A DNA stretch of 64,000 nucleotides from Callorhinchus milii. Lineage: Eukaryota. Both the position numbers and the translations under genes were made by a program. The stretch covers positions 27,282,001 to 27,346,000 of the forward strand of contig NW_024704743.1 of the NCBI RefSeq assembly GCF_018977255.1. Direction: 5' to 3'. This document shows positions 1-11,785 of the stretch, piece after piece. Position 1 is the first letter of the stretch, and each line of letters begins with the position of its first letter. Below the pieces are notes generated by a model, which saw only the letters and a program-made list of their open reading frames with translations, had not been told where the DNA came from and made no database searches.

Positions 1-736
1 GGGTATCTTGTTTGACCCTGAACTGCCCTTTCTCCCCCACATCCGCGCCATGACTGGCACTGCCTACCACCACCTCCGCAATATTGCCAGACTCTGCCAC
101 TGCCCCACCCCTCAGGCTGTCGAAACCCTCACCCAAGCATTCGTCACCTCAAGGCTCGATTACAGGATCTCACTCCTTATCGGCCTTCCCAACTCTTCAC
201 AAGCTGTAGATCATCCAAAACTCTGCAGCTCGTGTACGCTCACGCACCAGGCTCTATGACCCCATCACTCCCACCCTCGCCCGACTCCACTGGCTCCCCA
301 TCCCCCAGAGGATCAAATTCAAGATCCTCGTCCTCACTTTCAAGGCCATCCATGGTCTTGGCCCCTCCTACCTCTCTGACCTGCTGATTCCCTACCAACC
401 TGCCTGCTCCTTCCAGTCAACGGGCTCCGGCCTGCCCCATGTCTCCCGCCCGACCTGCCCTACCATCGGTGACTGGGCTTTCAGCATCTCTGCCCCCACA
501 ATCTGGAACTCCATCCCACGGTCCCTTCACCTCGCTTCCTCCCTTGCATCCTTCAAGGTGGGTCTCAAGATCTTTTTCTTCGACCGTGCCTTTGGTCTCC
601 CTCCCACCTCTCTGCCTTCCCTCACCCTTGCACCACCCCCCTCCCCCATGCTCAGGTCCCAACACCCGATTGTTCAGTGCTTTGAAACGTCCTCCCGATG
701 TGAAAGGCGGTCTCTAAATGTAATTTTGTTGTTGTT
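1..736 (+). mobile_element. L2-clade LINE, 3' fragment (ORF2 C-terminus, 3' UTR, (TTG)n tail); runs off the window start
   Basis: ORF 8..259 FDPELPFLPHI...SRLDY, frameshifted LHWLP-type segment, 3' stem-loop and TTGTTGTTG tail; homologous to 30242-30758 and 34181-36590. Confidence 0.93.
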
Positions 737-1124
737 TGCCTGCCTGCTGCCTGCCTGCCTACCTTCCTTTCTTCCTTTCTGTCTGTCGTTGAGTCTCTGT
801 AACACTCAAGCTCTTTCTTTGAGTTTCTCTAGTACTAAGTCTATTCTATCTCTTTCTCTGACTCTAATCCTACACTGCACAAAATATTGCCATTCATTCG
901 ACTTAGCTACAGAGAGCAAGTAAATCACATCTCCATAGTTTTCTCTGATCCACTCAAGTTCAAAAGCTCACAATGCAAAGGAGGTTTGATAATTTATTTT
1001 AATATATCACGTTATGAATTGAAAACATTCCATTAAAGTGCAGTGTATGTTGCTGTGTTGGCAATTGTGTAAGTTCATAGCTGATACGAAGACCAAATTT
1101 CTAAATGCTGGTAAGATGGCATAG

Positions 1125-1545
1125 GTGCCAGCCTGGCTCAGTTGTTAGTAGCTTCTGAGCCAGAAGCTTCAATTCCCACTCCTTGAGCTTGAGTTCACAG
1201 TCTGGTTGCTTCCCTGGTGCAGTACTTGGGGAGTTCTGCATTGTTGGAGATGTCGTTCTTTGGATGAAACATTAAACTGAGGTACTTCCTCTGCTTGTCC
1301 ATGTGGACATTAAGGATTCCGTGGCACTATTCAAAAACTGAAAGGAGCTACTGGTTCCTGTCCAACAATCCACCAAATAAAATCTGTCATTTACTTCATG
1401 GCTGTTTGTGCGACATTGCAAATTTGCTGTTGAGTCCACCTGCAAAAAATATACAGTTACTACACTTAATAAGTTCTGTGAACCATTTGAGACTTCCTGC
1501 TGATGTGAAAGGTGTTATATCAAATCTAAGGTGTATTATCATAAT
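1125..1545 (+). mobile_element. Deu-domain SINE (SacSINE1/AmnSINE-like), old copy
   Basis: tRNA-like head CAGCCTGGCTCAGTTG, Deu-like core GCAGTACT...GCATTGTTGGAGATGTCGTTCTTTGGATGAAACATTAAACTGAGG, L2-like tail; many sister copies in the window. Confidence 0.8.
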
Positions 1546-1623
1546 TTAGAGAACGCAAAATACTGCTGCATTGTGAATGTGCACAGCAGCACAGCAGTAT
1601 GCACACGATTTTCGGAGGACATA

Positions 1624-1668
1624 CAACAACAACAACAATAATAACAACAACAACAACAACCACAACAA
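1624..1668. repeat. (CAA)n/(TAA)n microsatellite
   Basis: Read directly; explains the poly-V and poly-L ORFs 1526..1774 and 1546..1749. Confidence 0.95.
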
Positions 1669-2358
1669 GATTGCATACAAACAGTGGGGGATAATTGGGA
1701 CCACACTGTTTTTCTGTGTTGGCAGTGTTACCACTGAGTATTGACACACATGACTCAGAAGTACAGGCTGGCATGCTGTGTGGTTCCTGACAGAAATAAA
1801 TCTTTTCTACACGAGGTCTTTGATACTCTGATAGCTGTCCTTGTCAAGCGCAGGTCAATAGCCTGGAAATTAAATTTTAGTGCGAGTGTGTGGGACAGCA
1901 GCACAGATTATTGAAACAGAACAAACTATTCATCCATTGTCAACCACGACAACTCTATTACCTCTTTAGAATGCAGCAGATAATCAGAACAATCATAGCT
2001 CGGCTTTACTGAAAGCATTTCACATCTTGCATATGAGAAACTATTTATTTCCCCAAAATACTCTGAATGAAAAGTTTGGAAATAAGAAACTAATAGAGAA
2101 TTGTGGCCTATCCAACATTCAGACTAAACAGGCTTGACATTCATAAAAGTAGTTGTCTTCAGACAGACATTGAGGTTCTCTATTGTTAACTGTGATTTTT
2201 TTATCCATTCTGTTCTTTATTTTGCAAATATGGAATTAGCAAAGGCCATGTCTCTTATGAAGCCTTTTTCTTCTTCAAATTCTGTAAATTCTATTCTATC
2301 TTGAACTTTGCTTTACCCATATAATCCTCTGCAGATTCATTCTGAACATCTTAACTCC

Positions 2359-2590
2359 TAGAATCATAGAATCATAGAATCTTACAGCACAGAAGGAGGC
2401 CATTTGGCCTATTGTGCCTTGTCCAGCTCTTTGAAAGAGCTATCCAACTTGTCCCACTCCTCTGCTCTTACCCTATAGCACTTCATTTTTTTCTTGTTTA
2501 AGAACCTATCCCATTCACTTTTGAAAGCTATATCGAATCTGCTTCCACCGCCCTTTCAGGTAATGCATTCCAGACCTTAACACCTCTACT
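2359..2590 (-). mobile_element. CR1 LINE 3' end
   Basis: (ATTCTATG)n tail on the minus strand (TAGAATCATAGAATC on +) and 3' UTR matching 23200-23830. Confidence 0.85.
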
Positions 2591-4295
2591 GTTCCAAGAT
2601 TAGTGAAAAATCATAAAAAATAATNAAAAAGTTAAAAATAATTGTAGAATATTATGTGCTAACACAGGTTCATGTGAATAATTTACTTTGAAAGTTTTTT
2701 TTTAATAAAGCACTAATAAAATTTTACTAAGTTAAACTATCCAAATCGGATTAATTTTTACAAAACCATTAATGGTATTTGGAGAATCTCATTACTGTTC
2801 CTTATCAATTACCAAGTCATCTGACGAATGGAGAAGAAACAATATATTAGAGCTGGAATAATGTACAAGAACTGTATTGAGAATAATAGCATGAGCCCAA
2901 TGATCATGTTTAAGAACTGGACGGAAATATTACAATTTGTTTTACTGTGCTTCGGAATCTGGCCTCAGGAGATGATTTGCTAAAATGGAAATAGAAAAAA
3001 AAATACATTCTTACAATTTTAATTTATTTTTAAATTTATTTTTAACAATAGAAAACAAACTATTTTCATATAGGATGCAAGAAATTAAATAATTTATCAG
3101 AATTCTTAATTATTAACCCTTATTCAAGCGATGTCTTATCATGTGAATTAAGATCATTTACCATCAATTTTATATTCCTAATAAGGCTTTGTATTTAGTG
3201 AAATATATATATATATTTGAAAAAGCAGCTTGTAATTTTCTTCAATAATATCAGAGAATATCACCAAACTAGATTCATTATCAGACTCTATTCAGATATG
3301 TTCCTCAGTTAATCCATTGCCTATGAATTCTATGAATCCATGAATTCTATCAATTCTCTGTTCCTCAATTAATCCATTGCCTTAATATATTTACTTAACC
3401 TAGTTTCTTAACTGTTATTTTGGTTGTGGAATCTTTGTATGTTGCAGAGGGCCACTGCGATGATGTCTCTGGAGTTCAACTATAAGTTCCAATTAATCAT
3501 ACCAGACATGCAACTCTGCCTGTTTTACATGCCTTAAACCACTGAGGTTATGATCTCTAGGTTTCTGCCTGGAAAGTTTAGATCGATGTAACTGTGGTGC
3601 TGCTGCACTTCTGCTCGTAGTGTCAACAAGATGGCATGGCTGTCACTGGAGAACCAAATGAACACCAAATAAATGGTCTGTGGGCATCTCTGTTAGCAAC
3701 ACAACCCCAAACAGAAATATAAATAGAACCTGCGCAACTGCCAGAGGTGGATACAGGCATTTATATTAGGGTTGTGTATTCAGGTTGTTGCCTGTGTGTT
3801 GAGCAGCTTTGTTTGGATCTACAAACCAGTGAAATGGGATAATAAAAGACATTTTCACTGCCACTGTATGTAGTTCAATTGTATTGAAAATCCCACTGAA
3901 GAAACTATTTATAATAAGTAATCCGTGTCCTTGATATAGCATCTATAACTTTGAAACATCTCAATGCATCTGAAAGGGAATTGTTGTATAGTGACTCTGT
4001 TTTGTGAGTAAACATGACAGCCTAATTGTGCACAGCAATGTTCTACAACAGCTATAAAGTGAATGATTAATTTATCTGAAGGGTTGTTGGCCAAGATGCC
4101 TTGAGAAACTTCTTTCTGTTTACAAATGCTATCATGGGATCTTTAACATTGATCTGAATAGGCAGACCTGTCCTTTATTTAATCTCACCCAAACGACAGC
4201 ACCTTTCAAAACACAGCAATCTCCCAGCACCACACTGGAAGGTTAGCCTGGACTGTGAGCACAAAATGGAGCTTGAACCCACAATTGTCTGACCA

Positions 4296-5106
4296 ATAAA
4301 AATACAATACAAAATTACATTTGTATGGTGCATTTCATGTCAAAAATACATCCCAAGGCGCTGGACAGTCAGGGATAGGGACCCGAGCAGGGGTGGTGGG
4401 TTCAGGGAGGGTAGAGGGTGGCCAAAGGCGTGGTCGAAGTGGTGGGTTGTGAGACGTGCCTTGAAGGAGGCAAGTAAGGGAGTAAGAGGAAGGAAATGTG
4501 GGATGGAGTTCCAAAGGGTGGGTGGTCAGAGAGGCTGAAGGCCTGACCGTTGATGGTGGGGCGGGCCAGGCAGGGGACGTGGAGCAGACCGTAGCCCGCT
4601 GAGAGGAGGGAGTGGACAGGTTGATATCGGATTAGCAGGTCACAGAGGTAGGAAGGAGAAAGGTTGTGGAGGACCTTGAATGCAAGGACAAGGATTTTGA
4701 ACTCTATCCTCTGGGGGCTGGAGAACCAATGGAGCTGGGCGTGTAACTGTAGAAAGTTAGCTCTACTCCAGAACTTGATGTCTGACAGACATTCTGTCAG
4801 GACAGGAGTGGTCCTGGAGTCGAGGGTGGAGGCAGAGAAATAGTTTGGTGTCATCCACATACATGCGGACGTTCACCCCATGTCTGTGGATGATGTCACC
4901 AAGAGGGAGAATGTACATGTACATTGAGGTTGATAGATTTCTTTTGGATAACGGGATTAAGGGATATGGGGATAAGGCGAGTAGGTGGAGTTAGAATAGA
5001 TCAGCCATGATCTTATTGAATGGCGGGGCAGGCTAGAGGGGCCAAATCTTCTACTCATGCTCCTAATTCTTATGTTCTTATGTTGAAGAGATACATGTTG
5101 AAGAGG
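4296..5106 (-). mobile_element. L2 fragment with internal deletion, itself interrupted by a CR1 tail
   Basis: ORF 4402..4860 (ECLSDIK, NFLQL, LHW, RIEFKIL); YVDDT-like motif near 4845-4865. Confidence 0.88.
4924..5083 (+). mobile_element. CR1 3' end (TCTTATG-tail family)
   Basis: Closely matches 28331-28498 (GAGGTTGATAGATTTC...GATCAGCCATGATCTTA); tail TTCTTATGTTCTTATG. Confidence 0.88.
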
Positions 5107-6589
5107 TAAGTGTGCAACCAACTGAGCCAAGCTGACTCGCTCTGCCTACCGAGCCCTCTCAAAGACAACACAAACCTCAATGAATGAGACTATTGAGGTA
5201 CTGTCGGGTTCCAGGTATAACAATAAGGAACTCATTCCTTCCATAGTCTAATTTAACCTACATTCTAGAATAAATTGCACTCTAAATCTATGGAAGTGCA
5301 CTCAAATTAATCTCATTACATTAAATCTTCTTCAGTTTCATATTATTATTGAGTCAAATCACCAAATTTATTAAGTTCCTAAAACCAATTTTTCTGATTA
5401 AAAAGTAAATGGCTTCAGTGGAAATACTGTGGAAAAACGGCATCTTTCATTTCAATAAAATATTGATGAAGTGTAAGTTAATTCTCAATTCATTCTCACA
5501 CTATCAAAAGTATAATGATTTGGATAATTTGTGCAGTTTTAGCTGGTTAATTTCCAGCAGTACCCCTCTGGGTACTGGGCTTCCCAAGCCTTGATTCTTG
5601 CCATCTCCGCAATTAGGTAAGTAGGATACATCCTTCTGGGGAGCAAATGTGTACTTCATTCCAGATACAAGGATTTCCATGTATAGATGGGAAATACATG
5701 CAACTCTCCATCTGGTTTGGATACTCTTATGCATGGTGATGGGTTTTCTGCATGTGTCAGACAACCAGCTGACAAACAAAATCATCATTTTACCACAGTG
5801 TGGGTTGAGTGCAGCACATAATTCTGCCCAAACAAAAAAACACATTTCCATTCTATTTTAATAATTGTTTAGAGAAAATCATAAAATTGCACATTGGGGA
5901 GATTTGAATTGAATTTCCCTATTTTAAGAAATCAGACATAATTTAAAAAAAGTAGGAGCCACATTCTTATTGCTTTGGGTTGTTAATATTTTGCCATGTA
6001 AACATCAAATATAAATGAAGTTACAAGAATACAATGTTGTCCAAATGAAAAGCTTGTGATATAAACAGAAAACCCATCACTGAGCTGTTGAACAGTGCAT
6101 TCATCGCACACATAACAATTTACTTAACACAGTGATAATATTTGAGAGCAAGATGTCATTTATGCTACATTCAATACGCTTCCAAGAGGATTGTATCAGA
6201 TATCAAAACAAGTGTTATGCACACACAAAAATGTGTCTTTTAACTGATTCCTAACAAGAAATGCATTTACTTTTATTACGGTGTCTAAATAAATGTATGT
6301 CCCAAATACCCCACGTAGAGGCTTTGTTCATAAGCCAACTTTCTTTAAAGCATATAGATCATGCGTCTATTTTTATCTTGGTTATACCACAAGGAGGTTT
6401 AAAATGACTTAAATAAATTGCTTTCAGAGATGTGCTTCTTCTACAGACAGTAGTATGTACTGAGAAAATTGAAAAATAACTTGTTTCCAAAGGGCTGGCA
6501 TACAGGTCAGAAGCTTGTTACAGTATAGAAGGGGAGGAGATGAAGAACTCACACTTTTATGGCCCCTGTATTGTTAAACCATCTCTCAG

Positions 6590-6912
6590 CTATTCACACT
6601 AATTGCTATTGTATGCAGTAACTGTTTTTTCTTAATAACCGTGGCAGCTATTTTACACACAGTCAAGGAGTTGAAAGACTAATTGATCTGGAGGATTAAT
6701 GGCTGAAAACTCCCTTCAAATAGTAGCATGGAATTTCTAACGTTCCACCTGAACAGTTAGATAGGACCTTGGTTTTACGTCTAGTCTCAGGACAGCACTT
6801 TCAGTGCTTCCTCAGGAATGGGCTGGATGTTGTTCTGAATTCTGATTGAACCCATGCCTTAAGGAAGAACTTAAACCCACAACCTTTTGATACCAACTGA
6901 GCCATGCTGACA
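6590..6912 (-). mobile_element. Deu-domain SINE, degraded
   Basis: Ends CCAACTGAGCCATGCTGAC (reverse of the head); core CCACCTGAACAG...CCTTGGTTTTACGTCT. Confidence 0.7.
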
Positions 6913-7145
6913 CTTACAGCAGGAGGACAGTGAACAAATACAACTTTCAGCTTGCTTGAACAGAGATGAATAATTAACTCCATGACTGAGCGATAACATA
7001 CATTTCAAAATCTAAGGCATTCTTTCAGACAGTAATTCTTCCTCTCTGTAGCATGATCTGTACCAGTTGCATAACCACCTTGAATTGAAAAAAACCTTGC
7101 AAAAATATTTTAAAAGTTGACTGTATTAATAGCACAAATAGCCAA

Positions 7146-7150
7146 TGTGT

Positions 7151-7182
<32 letters not shown>
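7146..7182. repeat. (TG)n microsatellite
   Basis: Read directly. Confidence 0.95.
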
Positions 7183-9384
7183 TGCAGCTTTAAATGCATT
7201 TCTTGTCCATTTTTTCTTTCTGTTGTGAAAACCATAAGCCAGCCAAAAATAGCATGACAAATACTGCATCTGTCATTGGTAATTAACATTACAAAATTCC
7301 ATATTGATACATGCAATTAATCAAGTGCAGTAGGCCTATAAGAAAGTGCTGGTGAAGATGAAACGTTAAAAGTTCACACTCCTTTTCAAAGGCTGCTGAA
7401 GGGACAGATGTGAGACCCGCCATCACATCTGTCTTCCCAGCTGCCCTGGAGGATGGTTGAACCAGCTGGCTTAAAGGCTCAACGCAAATGTTAGCAAAAT
7501 AAATCCTCTCTCTCCAATGCTTTGTCGACATATCTTCATTTCCGTATTTTTAATAAGCAAACATTGCTCTGCTCTGCCCATCACACTGTCTCCAGGTGTA
7601 ATCTTTCATACTATTTCAGTAAATGAATAAATTAAAGTTAATTAAATTGTATTTTTTTTCTTATTTTTTTGTATCCTCCTTAGCGCCTCTGCCCCGAATC
7701 CCTGATAACATAGGACACAGGGGATTCAAATCAAAGAGCTATTTTATATTATTATCATCACTTTTCGTTTAGGTTAAATTGTTTTTAAAAACAAAACAAT
7801 TGAAAATAATTAAACTGCAAGTTTTTTTTTAAAAAGGTGCTAATTTTGAATTGGATTGAATAAGCACTGAAAAGACCAATAGACAGGGATAATTAGGAAG
7901 GGAAGTGAAAGCTGGGTCACAAAGATTGGGGAAAGTTGGAAGATGGCCCTGGTAACATTGGGAGATGGCAAAGAACATCCGGTCAGAGACTTGTGAAAAT
8001 AGGAGTGAATGCCACGAGTACCAATTGGAGAACATCATGAGAAGCCTGTGGAGAAACAAGAAGAGGCAAATATCTATTTTATTCCCTTGAAAATAAAATC
8101 CACTGAATGAATTTGTCGAGGTGCAAGTGAATACTTTGCAAAAATGAAAGCAATTTGGAGGTACTGTATTTTAACATTTTTTATTTTGTGTTATCAGGTG
8201 TGTCTTTTCTTGGGCATTTCCATTGTTACAGTGTTGTATGGTTCCCTTGCCATTTACCACTCAGGCTGGGCTCCAGTCACAGCAGCTGTTGATGCTCTTG
8301 ATTTAGATTCCTTCCTGAACTTCACCAGTTTTCATTCAGAGATCCTGTCCTTGCTAGCGGAGAACTGTCAGCCTGTCTCCTGTTTGTCACTACATTGCTT
8401 GGCATGTAAAATATTTGTAACATCAGTCATATGGAAGTGAGTCTAATTAGCATGTTGATTGTTGGGCTCGCAATATTGTCCTTCAATTCCACCTTTATCT
8501 TTTTGTTCCCATGTGTACACTTGATGCTGCTATTTGCAGCCATTAACAAAAATTCTTAGCTTCCTGGTATGCACTATCCAGGATTACCCAGCAGAATACA
8601 GTTTGTACTTTAATATTCTATTGTTTACTGTATTCACAGCATTTCTCTTGTTTATTCTGCGACCAAGAAGCCAACGATTCAAAAATTCTGATTTTTACTT
8701 TAATCTCTGTTTTCTGCATTTTCAAATGCTGAACCGACAGAGCGAATGCAACAGATCCAGATTAGTGTTAACCTGCATCTTAGCCAACAGCAGATTCTTT
8801 GAAATCTTTGTCTGCTTTTGAAGTGAAAGCTAATCTTTGCGCCTTTTATATAATCCTTTTTTTCAAACAGCAAAACTTTTCAGATGTTCAGAAATAGACT
8901 GCTGATTGTCGCTGATTATGTTTCTTGCTGGACCACTTTGTAAGACTTTGCAAGACTCTGGTTAACTCCTGGGACACCCCATGATCTGCCCAAATTGATT
9001 TTATAATAAAGGAAATGAATTACCCATTCCTTCAGGGTGTACTAGTGTGTTTCTTCCCTCCTTCTTTTCTGGATTGACTCATTTTTAATTTATATGCTAA
9101 TACAGTCAGCAATATTGCACCTGTTCATTATCAAAACAAGGAAGTTTTTTTATAGAGGAAAAATCTTCTTCCCAGTCTAACCTGAATCATTACTCTTCAT
9201 AGTGATGTGTGTTTGTCAGAGAATCTAACAGAGTGTGTGGATGTTTTTTTTCCTTTGCCATTGAGGGTGTAATTGTATAATTGATTAGTGTTCTTTATGG
9301 ATCATGTTGCTACGGGAACACCATTTATTTTCTAACTAATCACATGATTCATGTAATACATGGTATATTACATAACACGCTGTG

Positions 9385-9845
9385 CCACCTGTGTCCTCAC
9401 CCATACCAGGTTGAGTACCCCAGTTCTTGCCAAGCTCCAGTGACTCCCTGTAGCAGAACAGATCGATTTCAATATCCTCACTCTCACTTTAAAACCGATT
9501 CACCTCCTGCAAGACTCTGGTTAACTCCGTGCCTCTCTGATCCCCTCAAACCCCACACCACTACCCTCCACCTTCATTCACCTGGTTCAGGTCTTCTACA
9601 TGTCGCTCTTCCACTCGACTCCACCATTGTTGGCCATGCTTTCAGTTACTATGCCCCGAATCTCTGCAATGTGCTGCCTCCATCCTTCTATCTTGCCCTG
9701 CCTTTACCCATCTGTCGTCTTTCAACAGTGCCTTTGGTCACCTACTCTTACTTGTGAGCTCAATGTCAAATCACACCGCTGTTAAGCACTCCAATAAGCT
9801 ACCCTCTGAAGGGTCCTATAAAAATGCAAATGATTGTTGTTGTGG
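9385..9845 (+). mobile_element. Old L2 3' fragment
   Basis: ORF 9281..9757 contains GSGLLHV...TIVGHAFSYYAPNLCN; TTG tail at ~9835. Confidence 0.8.
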
Positions 9846-10519
9846 TGGTTCATCCAATACTTTCCTATCCTGAGTAATGAATTAGCAAATTAACAGCGAG
9901 CAACAGCGATAGATATACTGAGGTTAGGAAACATTTACTCACACTGACGTTGTGAAGTGGAACCAACAGGGGTGTTTAAATGATAAACAGATACATGAGT
10001 AATAGAGTTATTAATGGGTATGGTGGGAGGATAGGGCATTGGGTTTAATGGATCTGCCTCAATCCAATAACCTGGTGAAACAGGCTTTCTCCTGTTGCCT
10101 GGTTTCCTATGTTCCTAAGAGAGTGGTGGACGTGGATTTAGGCTACATGCAGTTTGCTAGATTAGACTTGGAGGTGGTGTGATGTCTCATAATATTCATT
10201 TATAATGAATTCAAGTGAGAAGTTCTTCCAATAACTGAAGTTACGTCAAAACAAGGTGCTGGAACTCTGCTGCAAATGTAGAATGTTCTGGATCATCTCA
10301 GCTTAGTTGCCGCAAGTCACCAAGACATACTTCTGAAATCTTTATTAAGAAATCCCATTAGAAATTGCTTCCTACATGTTACACCCAATTCACCTCCTTA
10401 TGCGCTGTAAATTTCTATGGATGCTATGGCACTTTCAACAGCATCCGCCATTGAAAAACAACATATAAAGAGCCAATAGACTTGAAAAAATCTTAAATTC
10501 AGTTTTCATTTAACAATAT

Positions 10520-10795
10520 AATATTAATCTTCGAATTTGATGTAATGTCTTATCACATCTTCGAGACATCTCAAAACGCTTCACAGAATATAGTGAATTT
10601 TGTGGGCAAAATATGGCAACCAATTGCACACAGCAGTGTCCCACAAACAGATGTGGATTGAGTGACCAAATTCTTCTTTTTTTTGAAGGGATTATTTCTC
10701 CCGGAAAAGCAATCTGCCAACCACCGGGTTCCTTACTGCTGGGTAAACAGAGGCATGTGAAGTAAGGAAACTTGACTAAAGTTTCGCCCTGCCCA
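10520..10795 (-). mobile_element. tRNA-Ala-headed SINE, long subfamily, head mostly missing
   Basis: Aligns by eye with 31121-31486 and 52735-53096. Confidence 0.85.
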
Positions 10796-11504
10796 GTATT
10801 GGTAGTCATTTGTAAGTCATCTTAGCACAGTTCTTAAAAATAATTCTCTCTGTTAGCATAGTTGGTTTGCATCATACTGGCTATGTGATGTGAAATGAAC
10901 GTTTAACCTAAAGATGCTTATAATTTTGTTCTTTGATAAATCAGCATATGTTAATGAATCAGGGGAAGAGGAGGTAGGAATCATACTGCTCTGACACAGG
11001 GTCTGATATATTAATAGAAAGATAATGTGATTGGAGAAGGGTGGAATGCTGATTAGGATCAAATAGTCTTTGAATCTATTCCCTCATTTGTCTTCATTTT
11101 CAGGCAGAATTACACTATTATCTACTTTCAAACTCATTTTTTATTCCCATGTTCAATAAGTGGGGCTGTCATGCCTTGGTGATTATTACTATTAAAGTGT
11201 TTTTTTTTCGGCTGTTTGCCACTGAGATGTCATACTTTTTTTTCTGAAACCTCACATTTATCGAAGGGAGAAGGCAGACAGTGATTTGGAGGAATTTTCA
11301 TAGATTTAAATAGAAAGTACAGCACAGAAACAGGCCACTTGATGAAACTCTCTATCTCCATTCACACTAAGTCCTGACAGATCAACCCTAACCGCAGCTC
11401 TCTCCCAGCTCAGGCTCCTACTAACACTTTGTAAAATACTTTGAGCCGGTCTCCCAAAGTGAAAGGCACTATGTTACTGTAAATCAGATTTGTTATTATG
11501 ATAA

Positions 11505-11785
11505 GCCCCCAACCTCGACTCCAGGAGCACTGCTGTCCTGATGGAGTGTATGTCAGACATCATCCCAGATGAGAGCTAATTTTGTCCAGTTGAATGTCAA
11601 CAAGACCAAGGCCCGCCTGCTTGGCTCGGAGTTCCGGAGGGTGTGGGCAGAAAGGCTGAAGGCTCGACCACTGATGGTGGAGCGGGCAGGGCGGGGCACA
11701 TGGAGTAGGCCAATGCACATCAAGGGGGAATCCTCCCGACAGGAAAGGTGCTATATAAATGCAACTTGTCGTTATTCTTGTTGAA
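11505..11785. mobile_element. Rearranged L2 pieces (sense RT piece, antisense 3' piece, sense tail)
   Basis: MRANFVQLNVNKT on +; AGGCTGAAGGCTCGACCACTGATGG is antisense L2; tail CCTCCCGACAGGAAAGGTGCTATATAAATG on +. Confidence 0.75.

Larger units (their letters stand above)
3910..5136 (-). mobile_element. Deu-domain SINE (3910-4293, head at ~5101-5136) split by an L2 insertion
   Basis: Body matches the other Deu SINEs and stops at ...CCCACAATTGTCTGAC; the missing head AGAGG...CCAACTGAGCCAAGCTGAC resumes at ~5102. Confidence 0.75.

Noticed and set aside
2600..3130. AT-rich block with a single N and a ~51 aa ORF
   Set aside because: The N probably marks an assembly join or ambiguous base; the ORF is short and unrecognised
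8884..8945. Short plus-strand first exon MFRNRLLIVADYVSCWTT with a GTAAGA donor
   Set aside because: Weak exonic donor context, peptide not recognised and no supported partner exon
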